A stretch of DNA of 64,000 nucleotides, taken from the NCBI GenBank assembly GCA_047601445.1, contig JASGJH010000001.1, forward strand, positions 5,472,001 to 5,536,000, read 5' to 3'. Each line of letters begins with the position of its first letter. Positions within the stretch are counted from its first letter, which is position 1. Positions 1-10,053 of the stretch are shown here, in pieces. A program made the position numbers and the translations under genes. The stretch is from Myxococcales bacterium (GTDB lineage: Bacteria > Myxococcota_A > Polyangia > Polyangiales > DASUME01). The notes beneath the pieces were generated by a model. That model saw only the letters and a program-made list of their open reading frames with translations, did not search any database and had not been told where the DNA came from.

Positions 1-138
1 GGAGAAGTCGACCAAGCTTTCGAGCATTCCAAGCTTTGTTACCCGAAGCCACACGCACCGGCCTTACCTGGAGATTAAGACTTCGTAATAATTCAAAACC
101 GCCCGGGACCAGCGCAGGCGCGCTATGTTCGCCGAGTC

Positions 139-807
139 GTGAAACTCCTGGTCGCCGAGGACGACCGCAAGTTGGCCAGCTTCTTGCGCCGCGTCTTTTT
201 GGAAGAGGGCTACGTGGTGGACACCTGCGCGAGCGGGTTGGACGCCGTGACCCAGGCCAAGAGCGGGATCTACGACCTGCTCGTGCTCGACTGGATGCTG
301 CCCGGCCTGGACGGCCTCGAGGTGTGTCGGCGCCTACGCGAGGGCGGAGCCACGCTGCCCATCCTCATGCTCACGGCGCGCGGCGAGGTCAGCGAGCGGG
401 TGCTGGGGCTCTCGGCGGGTGCCGACGACTACCTGCTCAAGCCCTTCGAGGTGGAAGAGCTCCTGGCCCGCGTGAAGGCCCTGCTACGGCGCGCCACGGG
501 CCACGGTCGCCTGCAGGTCGGCCCCTTGCTGATCGACCAGGTGCAGCGACGCGTGAGCGCCGACGGTGAGGTCCTGCAGCTCACCCAGCGCGAGTTCACG
601 CTGCTGCTTCACCTGGTGCACCAGCGGCATCGCGTGGTGAGCCGCTCGGAGCTGTGGAGCGCGGTGTGGTCGCTGCAGTTCGACCCCGAGTCCAACATCG
701 TCGAGGCCCACATGAGCCGGCTGCGCACCAAGCTCGGGCGACACGCCTGGATGATCGACACCGTGCGCGGTCGTGGCTACAAGCTGCGGTCGGAGCCCGA
801 GTCATGA
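139..807 (+). CDS. OmpR/PhoB-family DNA-binding response regulator
   Basis: Receiver (VAEDD...LDWMLP...KPF) plus winged-helix C-terminus (LTQREFTLL...VEAHMSRLRTKL...TVRGRGY). Confidence 0.95.
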   Translation: MKLLVAEDDRKLASFLRRVFLEEGYVVDTCASGLDAVTQAKSGIYDLLVLDWMLPGLDGLEVCRRLREGGATLPILMLTARGEVSERVLGLSAGADDYLLKPFEVEELLARVKALLRRATGHGRLQVGPLLIDQVQRRVSADGEVLQLTQREFTLLLHLVHQRHRVVSRSELWSAVWSLQFDPESNIVEAHMSRLRTKLGRHAWMIDTVRGRGYKLRSEPES

Positions 808-2189
808 GACGCAGGCGCCGCCTGGTGGCCTCCATCGCCAGCTTCAGCTTGGTTGGGTTGGGAGGCGCGTTCGTCGCCGTGTGGCTCTCGAACACCCACC
901 TGCAAGAACGCCAGCTCGACCAAGCGCTCTTGCACGAAGCGCGCGAGGAGGCCCGCGAGGTGGGCATGGCGGGCGGCACCCGTCTGATGATCAGCGCGCG
1001 CCCGGGTCCCCAGGCAAACGACGTGGGCCCACTGACCAAGTACGCGGCCCTGTACGCCGCGAACGGTAAGGTGCTGGCCCAGACAGGCAGCTTCGAGGGC
1101 GACGCTCCGCTGCGTCCCGAGTCCAAGGCGCTGCGCCTCGCGCGACCCTTCAACATGTGGCACCGCGCCGAACACCTGCGCGCCGTGTGGGCCGAAGTCC
1201 CCACGCGCAAGGGCCTCCTGCTGCTTTTGGCCGCGCCGCGCACGGACCTCGACGGCGACGAGGCGTTCTTGGGCCGTGCCATGCTGCTCGCCTTCGGAGT
1301 CGCCTTCGCCTGGGCCCTGGCCGTGTCGGCTTGGCTGGTCGGACGCTTCACGCGCGGCTACGAACTGGTGGCCAACGTGGCCCACACGGTGGCACTGGGA
1401 GATCTCAGCGCGCGCGTACCGGCCTCGGACCAGGACACCGAGCTGGAGCAGCTGGCGCGCGACGTGAACCAAATGATCGAACGCCTGGGCTCGTTGCTCT
1501 CCTCGCATCAACACTTCATCGCCCACGCGGCGCACGAGCTGCGCTCGCCTTTGACGGCGCTCTACGGCGAGCTCTCGCATGCGTTGCGCCGCGAGCGCGA
1601 CGCCGACACCTACCGCGTGATGATCGCCGAAGCCCTGGAGTCGACCCAGCGACTGCGCACGCTGGCCGAGGACCTGCTCGCCCTGGCACGCATGTCCAGC
1701 GATGCCGACCCCGAACCCAAGAGCCCGCTCCGCCTCGACGAGCTGCTCGCCCGCGTGTCGCTCACCGTCCGCAATGAAGCCGACGCCAAGAACGTTCAGC
1801 TCGAGCTCCACACGCAACCAGCATGCGTCGTTGGGCGCGCCCTCGATCTCGAACGGCTCTTTCGCAACCTGTTCGAGAACGCCATCCAGCACGCACCGAG
1901 CGGCACCCATGTGCAGGTGGAGCTCGCGCGGGGGTCCCAGCACCTGGTGCGCATCGAGAACCAGGGGCCGGCCATTCCGGACGCCGATCTCGAGCGCCTG
2001 TTCGAGCCCTTCGTGCGTGGCGCCAACGAAAACGCCGAGGGCCGCAGCGGATCCGGACTCGGGCTCGCGATCGCGCGCCGCATCGCGCTCAACCATGGCG
2101 GAAAGCTCGCGCTGAGCCCCGGACGCCCTACCGGCGTGGAGCTCACGGTGAACCTGCCTAAGTCACAAGGCGAGCCCCCCTCCAGCTGA
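804..2189 (+). CDS. HAMP-domain sensor histidine kinase
   Basis: Two TM segments, HAMP, H-box AAHELRSPLT, N-box NLFENAIQH, G-box GSGLGLAIA; ATG at 804 overlaps the regulator stop (ATGA). Confidence 0.92.
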   Translation: MRRRRRLVASIASFSLVGLGGAFVAVWLSNTHLQERQLDQALLHEAREEAREVGMAGGTRLMISARPGPQANDVGPLTKYAALYAANGKVLAQTGSFEGDAPLRPESKALRLARPFNMWHRAEHLRAVWAEVPTRKGLLLLLAAPRTDLDGDEAFLGRAMLLAFGVAFAWALAVSAWLVGRFTRGYELVANVAHTVALGDLSARVPASDQDTELEQLARDVNQMIERLGSLLSSHQHFIAHAAHELRSPLTALYGELSHALRRERDADTYRVMIAEALESTQRLRTLAEDLLALARMSSDADPEPKSPLRLDELLARVSLTVRNEADAKNVQLELHTQPACVVGRALDLERLFRNLFENAIQHAPSGTHVQVELARGSQHLVRIENQGPAIPDADLERLFEPFVRGANENAEGRSGSGLGLAIARRIALNHGGKLALSPGRPTGVELTVNLPKSQGEPPSS

Positions 2190-2209
2190 ACGGCGGGGGC
2201 TGCGGTCCG

Positions 2210-3607
2210 TCAGCCGCCGTTGGGCACACGCACCCCCGCGGGGTGCGTCTCGGGCGAGAGCAGCGTGATCAACGGCGACGTCGCGAAAGTGGTCACCAGG
2301 GCCATCACCACCATCATGGCGAACAGGGCAGGGCTGATCACGCCGAGGTCGAGGCCGATGTTGAGCGCGACCAGCTCCACCAAACCACGCGTGTTCATCA
2401 GCGCGCCGAGGCTCCACGCATCGCGCCGCGAGACCCCCGTGAGCCGCGCCGCCACCACGGTGCCTCCGATCTTGCCCGCGCAGGCCACCAGCACGATGGC
2501 TGCACACATCCACCAGCCCTCCGCCCCCGACACCAAGCTGAGCTGTGTACGCAGACCCGTGAACGCAAAGAACGCCGGCAACAGGAGAACCACCGCCAAA
2601 TCCTCGAGGCGCTGCTTCATGGTGCGAGCGAGCAAGGAATCGGCCGGCACGAGGGCGCCCATCAAGAAGGCGCCGAAGATGGCGTGGATGCCGATGGCCT
2701 CCGCGATCAACGCACACACCACCACGCCCACCAGCATCAGCGCGATGGCATCGCGACTCACACTCTGCTTCACCTCTTGAGCGCGCACGAAGCGCTGCAT
2801 CAAGGGCCTGCCCACCATGAACATGAAGACCATGAACGCCACGGTGAGCCCCACGGTGATGGCCGCCGCTTGCGGATTGGACTCAGCGATGCCCACGACC
2901 AGCGCCAACAAACACCAGGCGGTGGCGTCGTCTACCGCGGCGCAGCTCAGGGCCAGCACTCCCAGGTGCGTGCGGTGCATCTCGCGATCGGTGAGGATGC
3001 GGGCCAGCACCGGGAAGGCGGTGATCGACATGGCGACGCCCATGAACAACCCGAACACGTCGAAGGGAACTCCGGCCGGCGCGAGCGTGGGGTAGAGCCA
3101 GAGCGCGAGCGCGCCGCCGAGCAGCATGGGGGCGAGGATGCTGGCGTGAGAGATGGCGAGGGCCGCCTCCCCTTTCTTGCCGAGCTGCTTGGTGTCGAGG
3201 TCCAAGCCCACCAGGAACATGAAGACGATCACGCCGATCTGGGCGAGAACACCGATGAGCGGCACCACGGCCGGGGGGAACAAGAAGCTGCTCGCCTCGG
3301 GCGCGATGCGTCCCAGAAGGGAAGGCCCGAGGGCGATGCCGGCCACCACTTCGCCGATCACCGCCGGCTGGTGGAAGTAGCGGAACAGCATGCCGACCAG
3401 GCGCGACGCCACGATCACCACGACCAGCGCGAGCAACACATGGAAGAGCGTCCCGCCATGCAGGGCTGGACCGCCCTTCGGTGCGCCGACCAAGGTCGAA
3501 GGCGTGAGCTCGGAGCCCAGCGAGCGAATCCAGTACAGGAGTGCTCCCGAAAGGGAGAGCATCAACCCGTAAGCGACCATTCCCTTTGTTGAACGCTTGG
3601 TTGCCAT
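2210..3607 (-). CDS. Cation:proton antiporter (CPA2/Kef-type)
   Basis: Multi-TM; QPAVIGEVVAGIALGPS, SITAFPVLARIL, AAVDD, MNTRGLVEL motifs; start taken at MATKR. Confidence 0.9.
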   Translation of the reverse strand: MATKRSTKGMVAYGLMLSLSGALLYWIRSLGSELTPSTLVGAPKGGPALHGGTLFHVLLALVVVIVASRLVGMLFRYFHQPAVIGEVVAGIALGPSLLGRIAPEASSFLFPPAVVPLIGVLAQIGVIVFMFLVGLDLDTKQLGKKGEAALAISHASILAPMLLGGALALWLYPTLAPAGVPFDVFGLFMGVAMSITAFPVLARILTDREMHRTHLGVLALSCAAVDDATAWCLLALVVGIAESNPQAAAITVGLTVAFMVFMFMVGRPLMQRFVRAQEVKQSVSRDAIALMLVGVVVCALIAEAIGIHAIFGAFLMGALVPADSLLARTMKQRLEDLAVVLLLPAFFAFTGLRTQLSLVSGAEGWWMCAAIVLVACAGKIGGTVVAARLTGVSRRDAWSLGALMNTRGLVELVALNIGLDLGVISPALFAMMVVMALVTTFATSPLITLLSPETHPAGVRVPNGG

Positions 3608-3736
3608 GAGGACCTGCCAAAGGTGTCTCCGGCCATGGTCCCTGTCGAGGAGCAGCGTGAGCAAGCGTTGGATCTACACCGAAAATCCTGCAAGGATTGC
3701 GAGTGCGCGCGGTTTCGTGCGCGTGACCCAGAGGCC

Positions 3737-5092
3737 ATGCGAGCGCGGTCCACTCACCAGCGTGCAGTGCCTAGCGACGGTCTCCGCTCCCGCTGCAGCG
3801 AGGGCTGGCGGCTGTTGGCCTTCGCTTGCCTCGTGACGAGCATGTTGGCGAGCCAACGTGTCCGCGCCGGCAATGACGACAGCATCTTGGTCGGCACCGA
3901 GGCTGCACAGATGGCGGGCGCGATCACCGCGATCGTCTCCGACGGCGCCGCCGTCTACTACAACCCCTCAGGTCTCGCGAACACCAAGGCCGCCAGCCTG
4001 GACGCGAGCCTCTCCACCTATGGCGTGCGCTTCATCGCCGTGAAGGACCTGCTCGAGGGGCCTCAGAACTCCGTGGGCGCCAAGTACACGGACTGGGTCG
4101 TGGTGCCGAGCTTGGTTTCCCACGTGTTGAAGCTGAGCGAGCGTTGGCGCTTCTCCTATGCGGTGATCGTGCCGCGCGTCCAGAACTACAGCGTGGAGGT
4201 CACGCTGCGCGCCCCCGATGAAACGCGCTGGCAAGCGCTGCAACAGGAGCAGAGCCAGGAGATCGACATCGGCGCTGGCGTGGGTGGCTACGTGCTGGAC
4301 AACTTGCGCTTTGGCGCCTCGCTGCTCGGCATCTACAACACCGACAACCTGATCTCGTCCGCCTTCGCCGGCAACCCCATGTATCCCAACATGGCGGTCT
4401 CGGCGCTCTCCCTCGTGAGCACCCACGACTACGGCTTGAGCGTGCGCACGGGCTTGCAGTGGGACGCGCTCCCGCAACTCGCGTTCGGCGTGATGGTGGT
4501 GTCGCCAAACCTGGTGGTGGTGCGTAACACCACGGACAACGGCTCGGTGTTCACCCCCGGGAACGCCGCAGGCGTGCCGCCAGTCCAAAACTTCGATCGC
4601 TCGTCGGATACGAGCGCAGCCTTCGACCTGAGCGGAGTGCCCCAAGTGCGCATGGGCGGGGCCTACCACTATGGGCCCGGGAGCGTGACGCTCGACTCGA
4701 CCCTGAACTTCCCGCTCAACAACCTCACCTACGAGGGCGACCGCAAGTTCTCCTGGAACCTGCGCGCAGGCATGCGCCACCGCTTGACCGACACCGTCTC
4801 CATCGGCTCCGGCCTATTCACCGATCGCAACCCCTACCGCAAACACGGAGCCGACTTCTACGGATTCACGCTGGGTGCTTCCTTCGCCAAGGTCTTCGAC
4901 CTGAGCAAGGGCGGCTCACTCAGCGTCCTGACGAGCCTGAACGTCCGCTATGCCTACGGCTACGGCACCGCCACCGGCTCCAAGGTGCCCGCGCTCGAGA
5001 ACGCAGTGGGAGGACTGAGCTTCGACGCGGTGAGCACAGGAGTGCGCATCAACGAGCTCGGAGTGAGCTTGGGCGCGGGGCTGAAGTACTAG
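3737..5092 (+). CDS. FadL/OmpP1-like outer-membrane beta-barrel protein
   Basis: GTEAAQMAGA...DGAAVYYNPSGL N-terminal FadL-like motif; amphipathic strands; C-terminal aromatic (LKY); start uncertain. Confidence 0.7.
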   Translation: MRARSTHQRAVPSDGLRSRCSEGWRLLAFACLVTSMLASQRVRAGNDDSILVGTEAAQMAGAITAIVSDGAAVYYNPSGLANTKAASLDASLSTYGVRFIAVKDLLEGPQNSVGAKYTDWVVVPSLVSHVLKLSERWRFSYAVIVPRVQNYSVEVTLRAPDETRWQALQQEQSQEIDIGAGVGGYVLDNLRFGASLLGIYNTDNLISSAFAGNPMYPNMAVSALSLVSTHDYGLSVRTGLQWDALPQLAFGVMVVSPNLVVVRNTTDNGSVFTPGNAAGVPPVQNFDRSSDTSAAFDLSGVPQVRMGGAYHYGPGSVTLDSTLNFPLNNLTYEGDRKFSWNLRAGMRHRLTDTVSIGSGLFTDRNPYRKHGADFYGFTLGASFAKVFDLSKGGSLSVLTSLNVRYAYGYGTATGSKVPALENAVGGLSFDAVSTGVRINELGVSLGAGLKY

Positions 5093-5229
5093 ACACGGGT
5101 GCTTCCGCGCGCTGCGAATCCGCAGGAAGACGAACGCGACACACTACCTGGCGCTTGTACACCTGGCGCGCGCGCTGGTTGCCTAACGCCCAGCAACCCG
5201 AAGAAACCGATACCAGTTCTGATCGGGGC

Positions 5230-5434
5230 CGTGAGCGTGGCCCTGGCCGTTGGCGCTCCCGTGATGGTGGCCGCGCTCGTGAACCGGAACGACTTCGTGA
5301 AGGTGTTCGACACCGCCCGATGCTCACGGGCGTGGATCACGGCCATGGCATCGTTCCCGCTCGCGAGCGCGGCCACGGCCACGGGTGCGACCAGGTCCAC
5401 GGCCACGGCCGCGGCATCACCGCGGCGGCTCACG
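5230..5434. repeat. ~200-bp imperfect intergenic palindrome built from GTGGCC/GGCCAC hexamers
   Basis: cccgtgatggtggccgcgctcg pairs with cgagcgcggccacggccacggg; central hairpin cgcccg-atgctca-cgggcg at 5314-5332; lies between convergent genes. Confidence 0.7.
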
Positions 5435-5542
5435 TCACAGGTCTGATTGCCCGTTCCAAGCTAGATCCGGCTTTAAACCGAAGCGGCCGAGCGAGTTGCC
5501 CGGCCGTTCTCGACACTACCTCACGCGCTTACGCGCGCGCCC

Positions 5543-7474
5543 TCAGAGATTGGTCCAGTCGTGCCCGATGGCGTCGTCGCACGTCTTCTTGTTGGCCGCG
5601 TCCACCGAGTAATACACCTCGGTCACGTGCAGCGTGACCGCGTCGTACTCGCAGGTGCCGTAGGCCGTGTTGTTGGCGGCCTTGACCGGGCAGGGGCGAC
5701 CCGTATCCCACGTGCGGCCCGTGCCCACGCAATCCCAGACGTTCGTGCCGGCGCCAGCGCCCTTGTACTGGACGCAGTAGGGCACGTTGTTGGTCACCCA
5801 GCGGCAGCTGGCCACGTTGCTCTGGTTGTCCGCCGGCAGCTGACCGCAGCCGAGGAAGGTAGAGGTTCCCGTCCAGTTGCCCATGCCGGTGGCCGTGCAG
5901 GTATGGGTCTGCTCCTGCGGCGCGCACGCCGCGTCCGGGAAGGCTGCGCCGTAGCGAACCCGAGTCTCGAACTCGCCCACGTAGAGCTTCTTGGCGTCCA
6001 CCGTGCAGTACGCCTTGCACGTGGCCTTGTTGTACGTGCTGGGGCTGCCGCTCCAGACCGACCAGGTGCCGTCGCTGCAGGTGCGCTGCTGATCCTGCGA
6101 CTTGCAGGTCGCCGGCACCGCCACTTCGAGGTCCTGGTACACGGTGCGCGACTGCGTGGCGCCGTGATCGCCGCCGTCGCAGTTGTGCTTGCACTCGGCC
6201 GCCGTCCAGGCGGGGTGGTTGCCCACGAAGGGTCCCCAAGTGCCATCGGTGCAGGTGCTGACCTGGATCTCACTCACGCACTGGGCGTTGAATGCCACGC
6301 GCGCGTTCTCCCAGCGGGTCTGCGTCTTGGTGCTGCCACTCGGCACGGTGCCGCCGCCATCCGCCGCGCAAGCGGCAGGGTTCAGCACGGTGCAGCTCGT
6401 GAAGGTGAAGGCACCCGTGTACGGGTCCAAGACGCCGTTGTTGCAGGTCGCCACCTGGCTATCGAGATTGCACTGCTGGCCCGAGGGCACGGTGGCCGTC
6501 TGGTAGCGCTTCCAGGTGTACTTGGCGCCGTGCGCGAGGGGCGCGCCGCCGTCGGGGTTCGTGCAGGTCTTCTGGCCGTAGGGCGCGCAGGAAGCCTTGG
6601 TGAAGAGCGCGGCGCCGCCGGCAGCGGTCCACGCACTCCAGGTGCCATCATTGCAGGTGCTCGACTGCTCCTGCGACGCGCACGGGGTGTTCTGCGTGGC
6701 TTCTTCGGTCTCCCACAAGGTCTGCTTGCGGACCGTGCCGTCCGGCTGTCCGTCGCAGCTCTTCTTCGTCAGCTTCTCGCAGGTCTCGAAGGTGTAAGCG
6801 GTACCGGACCACCCGCTCCAGGTGCCGTCGTTGCAGGTCCGACTCGCGGTCTGCTTCTGACACTCCTGGTCGGGCTGCACGGTGGCCGCGGCGTAGCGAT
6901 CCTGGGTCTGCACGGTGCCGTGGGGCTGGCCATCACAGGCATCGAAGGTCAGCGGACACTGCGGGAACAAGTAGGTACCCGACCAGTCACCCCATACGCC
7001 GCCGGTGCAAGTGCGCGTCTGGGTCTCCTTCAAGCACTCGCCTTCCACGCCGGCGTCGGTCTGCGTGATCACGCCGTCCCACATCTCGCGGGACTGGCTG
7101 GTGCCCTCTTCACTGCAGGGCTCGGGGGTGTTCCCACCGGCGTCGCCCGGCTCATCGCAGGAGATCACACGGTAGGTGCCGCTCCAGTCGGACCAGGTGC
7201 CGTCCTCGAGGCAGGTGCGCGTCTGGGTCTCCTCCATGCAGGTCTGGCCCGCCGCAGGCGCCGCTTCCTTGTAGCGCGTGCGCGAGTCCTCGGTGCCCAC
7301 CTCGTCGCCGTCGCAATCGACCCCGTCGGTGGAGCCGTCGATGCCCGCGTCGTCGTCGCCGAACGGCGGGAGCTCGATGCCGGGGAACTTCGGCGTGATG
7401 GAATCGGTGCTGCACGCGGCGAGCGTGAGTCCGAGTGCGGCGAGCGTCGGCCAAAGAACTGAGCGGGCGTGCAT
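5543..7474 (-). CDS. Lipoprotein with eight tandem 4-Cys repeats (C...C-x-QxRTCxDGTWSxWSG...C)
   Basis: Lipobox LAAC; ~55-60 aa modules with WxxW motif visible in the translation. Confidence 0.85.
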   Translation of the reverse strand: MHARSVLWPTLAALGLTLAACSTDSITPKFPGIELPPFGDDDAGIDGSTDGVDCDGDEVGTEDSRTRYKEAAPAAGQTCMEETQTRTCLEDGTWSDWSGTYRVISCDEPGDAGGNTPEPCSEEGTSQSREMWDGVITQTDAGVEGECLKETQTRTCTGGVWGDWSGTYLFPQCPLTFDACDGQPHGTVQTQDRYAAATVQPDQECQKQTASRTCNDGTWSGWSGTAYTFETCEKLTKKSCDGQPDGTVRKQTLWETEEATQNTPCASQEQSSTCNDGTWSAWTAAGGAALFTKASCAPYGQKTCTNPDGGAPLAHGAKYTWKRYQTATVPSGQQCNLDSQVATCNNGVLDPYTGAFTFTSCTVLNPAACAADGGGTVPSGSTKTQTRWENARVAFNAQCVSEIQVSTCTDGTWGPFVGNHPAWTAAECKHNCDGGDHGATQSRTVYQDLEVAVPATCKSQDQQRTCSDGTWSVWSGSPSTYNKATCKAYCTVDAKKLYVGEFETRVRYGAAFPDAACAPQEQTHTCTATGMGNWTGTSTFLGCGQLPADNQSNVASCRWVTNNVPYCVQYKGAGAGTNVWDCVGTGRTWDTGRPCPVKAANNTAYGTCEYDAVTLHVTEVYYSVDAANKKTCDDAIGHDWTNL

Positions 7475-7725
7475 AAGCTACCTTGCTGGCTGTGGGGACT
7501 GGCTAGTGGGGGACCGCGTTGAGATGTGGCGCACACTGCCCCAGCTCACGGGTGAGGGGCCTTCAGTAACACGGCTCTGGGCCGAGAGACCACAGGGTAT
7601 GTGCTGGATCTGGGCCAGATCGACGGCGCCCGTGCGCTCGGAGGTCAATTCGGCGGTCAACTGGGCAAATCTCGGTCCGGGTTTGTTCGACTGTTCACGG
7701 ACCCTACGACCGGGGTGATGAACGC

Positions 7726-7765
7726 AAAAAGCGCGAGGCCGCCCCGTGAAGAGCGGCCTCGCGCT
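7726..7765 (-). terminator. Intrinsic terminator after the Cys-rich lipoprotein gene 7790..9778
   Basis: 13-bp stem agcgcgaggccgc/gcggcctcgcgct followed by a T-run on the minus strand. Confidence 0.75.
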
Positions 7766-7789
7766 GGAGAGCCCCGTGGTGTCGTCGGC

Positions 7790-9778
7790 TCAGGTGGGGT
7801 TGTCGTAGTAGCCGTTCGGCGCGCAGAAGGGCACCGAATAGTCCACGTCGCAGACCCAGCCCTCGTGCATGAACACGCAGTCACCCGACGCGCAGTCGTC
7901 GCCACCCTTGGCCGGGTCGCAGGTCTCACCGGTGTGCAGGTACTTCGTGCAGGTGCCTGTCTGAGGCGTGGGGCCGTCAGCGCAGTAGGAACCTTCAGCG
8001 CAGCGGAAACCGTTGGGGTTCGTCTGATCGCAGGTGGCGCCGTCGGCGAGCGGCGCCGCGCACGCGTAAGAGGTTGCGGTTTTCTGACACCAGTTGCTCT
8101 TGCACCAGGCGTGCACGCCGGCGCAGTAAGTGCCGTCGGGCAGGTCGACGAGCTGGCTCTGGGTCTCGTTGAGCTGGAAGCACTTGCCTGCGCTGGCCCC
8201 GTCGGACGGCCAACAGTAGAGGCCGATGTCGCAGTTCGAGAACCCGTTGGGCGTAGTGCACGGGTTGTTCAGCGCCACCGCGCCCGCCGTGCAAGTGCCA
8301 GCGCTGCACCACTGACCGGCCGGACACTCGTGGTTGCTCCCGGTCGGACAAAGCGCGCCCGCGGCTACCTTCGGAGCGCACTTCGAATTGCCGTCGCAGA
8401 AGCCCGACTGGCAGCTGTTGTCGCGCACGTAGTCGCTGCAGTCGTTACCGCTCGCGATCAACGGCTCGCAGTAGTAGCCGTCATCAGTGACCTCGCAGAA
8501 GCTCCCCTGCGGGCACTTGTCACAGTCGGGACCCACGCAACCGTATTCACAATACGCCGAGCACTTCTTGTCCGTGGCGCAGTGCCCACTCGAACAGTCG
8601 CTGCTGTCGTCGCAGGCCGCGCCCAGGTCGCCCGGCACGCACAGGCCCACGAACGTGTCGTTGCTCTCACTGAAGTCCTGTAGCTCAGGGCTCGCCTTGT
8701 TGCTGCACACCTCGCCCGCCGGGCACATCGAGTTCGAGTAGCAATACGCCCCCTGGGCGCAGTCGGACTTGGTGCACGTCTTGCTCACGGCGTTGCAGGT
8801 GAAGCCCACTTCGCAGTCGATGGACGTGCTGCTACCCCAGTCCCGCAGGTAGGTGGATCGGTCGATCGGCGGAGCGATGTTCTTGAAGGTGGGGTCCAAC
8901 AGGGCGCACGGCTCGCCCTCCTTGGCGCGCGTCTTACAGGTGCCCGCGGTGAAGTCGCAGTAGAGCTCGTCGCAGTCCGACTGCTGCGTGCAGCGGTCGC
9001 CCACCGCAGCCTTGGCTCCGCAGGTGCCCGACTGACCATTCTGATCGTAGGGATCCCCGCGGCAGATCAGGCCGTCCCCGCACTCGTCGAAGTAGAGGTT
9101 GGGCTCGCAGGTGTCGCCGTCGCGCTCCTGACCCTTGAGCAGCTTGGAGAGCGAACACGGATCGGCAGGCTGGGGCAGCGCGGTACAGCTCTCCGCTTGC
9201 TGTAGGTCGCGCGGACACACCTCGGCGCCGATGAACGTGGCACAGGCAGTCACTGCCGTGTCGTCGATCTTCACCAGAATATCGGTGTCGTTGAGCGCGT
9301 GCGCGGCGCGCACGATGGTCTCGAGATATTGCCCGACGCGGCCTCCTAGATCGGACACCTGGGCGTTGTTGATCAGATCCTTGAAGGTGGCCTTGCACTC
9401 GTCGGCGTTCTTCACGCTCGGCCCGTAGAGATAGGAGAGCTCTCCCGTGGTGCAGCAGTTGGCCTCTTTGTCGCACAGCGCGTCGATGACGGGCTGCAAG
9501 CCCGAGCTCACCAGCGAGATGCCATCCGGAATGCACAGCTCCCCCGTGCTGCACGAGCCCGGCACCTTGGGGGTCTCGAGCACGTCGGTGCGCATATCGA
9601 GGCCGTTCAGCTGCGTGTTCAGATTCCCGATCTGATCGCGCAGCTCCTTGACCTGATCACTGAAGTTTTGCGTGCCAGCGTCCGCGTCTCCTCCCTGGTC
9701 GTCGTCGTCAGAGCCGCCGCAGGCCGCAAGTCCCAACACCAGGCAGATCCCCGCTGCCCTCCACCCTTCACGAATCAT
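7790..9778 (-). CDS. Cysteine-rich lipoprotein (Dickkopf-like Cys repeats, short coiled coil)
   Basis: Lipobox LAAC, coiled coil QVKELRDQIGNLNTQL, many GxxC-x3/4-C-x4-C modules; start at MIREGW. Confidence 0.8.
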   Translation of the reverse strand: MIREGWRAAGICLVLGLAACGGSDDDDQGGDADAGTQNFSDQVKELRDQIGNLNTQLNGLDMRTDVLETPKVPGSCSTGELCIPDGISLVSSGLQPVIDALCDKEANCCTTGELSYLYGPSVKNADECKATFKDLINNAQVSDLGGRVGQYLETIVRAAHALNDTDILVKIDDTAVTACATFIGAEVCPRDLQQAESCTALPQPADPCSLSKLLKGQERDGDTCEPNLYFDECGDGLICRGDPYDQNGQSGTCGAKAAVGDRCTQQSDCDELYCDFTAGTCKTRAKEGEPCALLDPTFKNIAPPIDRSTYLRDWGSSTSIDCEVGFTCNAVSKTCTKSDCAQGAYCYSNSMCPAGEVCSNKASPELQDFSESNDTFVGLCVPGDLGAACDDSSDCSSGHCATDKKCSAYCEYGCVGPDCDKCPQGSFCEVTDDGYYCEPLIASGNDCSDYVRDNSCQSGFCDGNSKCAPKVAAGALCPTGSNHECPAGQWCSAGTCTAGAVALNNPCTTPNGFSNCDIGLYCWPSDGASAGKCFQLNETQSQLVDLPDGTYCAGVHAWCKSNWCQKTATSYACAAPLADGATCDQTNPNGFRCAEGSYCADGPTPQTGTCTKYLHTGETCDPAKGGDDCASGDCVFMHEGWVCDVDYSVPFCAPNGYYDNPT

Positions 9779-10053
9779 TCGTCGTGTCCCTCTCGAGAGG
9801 CCACACCCGCGCGCCGTCACGCCGCACGCTGACGGTGGACACCCCCCGGTGCGGTTAAGGCTAACGGGGACGCCGCTTCGAATTCACCTCTAAAAATGGG
9901 AACTTGGGACAAGGCTCTGCGGGCCCCACGGACTCGGCGACGTAGCTCACCAAAACCTGCGGCTGCGAGTTCGGGCGTCCTGCCGAGAGGTGGGCGATGT
10001 GAGGCCGCCTCGAGGAGCGAAGAGAGCGTCTGCCCGCGCGCTAGCATGGGCCC

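Noticed and set aside
5089..5446. 114/115-aa ORFs on both strands
   Set aside because: Explained by the hexamer-periodic palindrome; no RBS or recognisable domain
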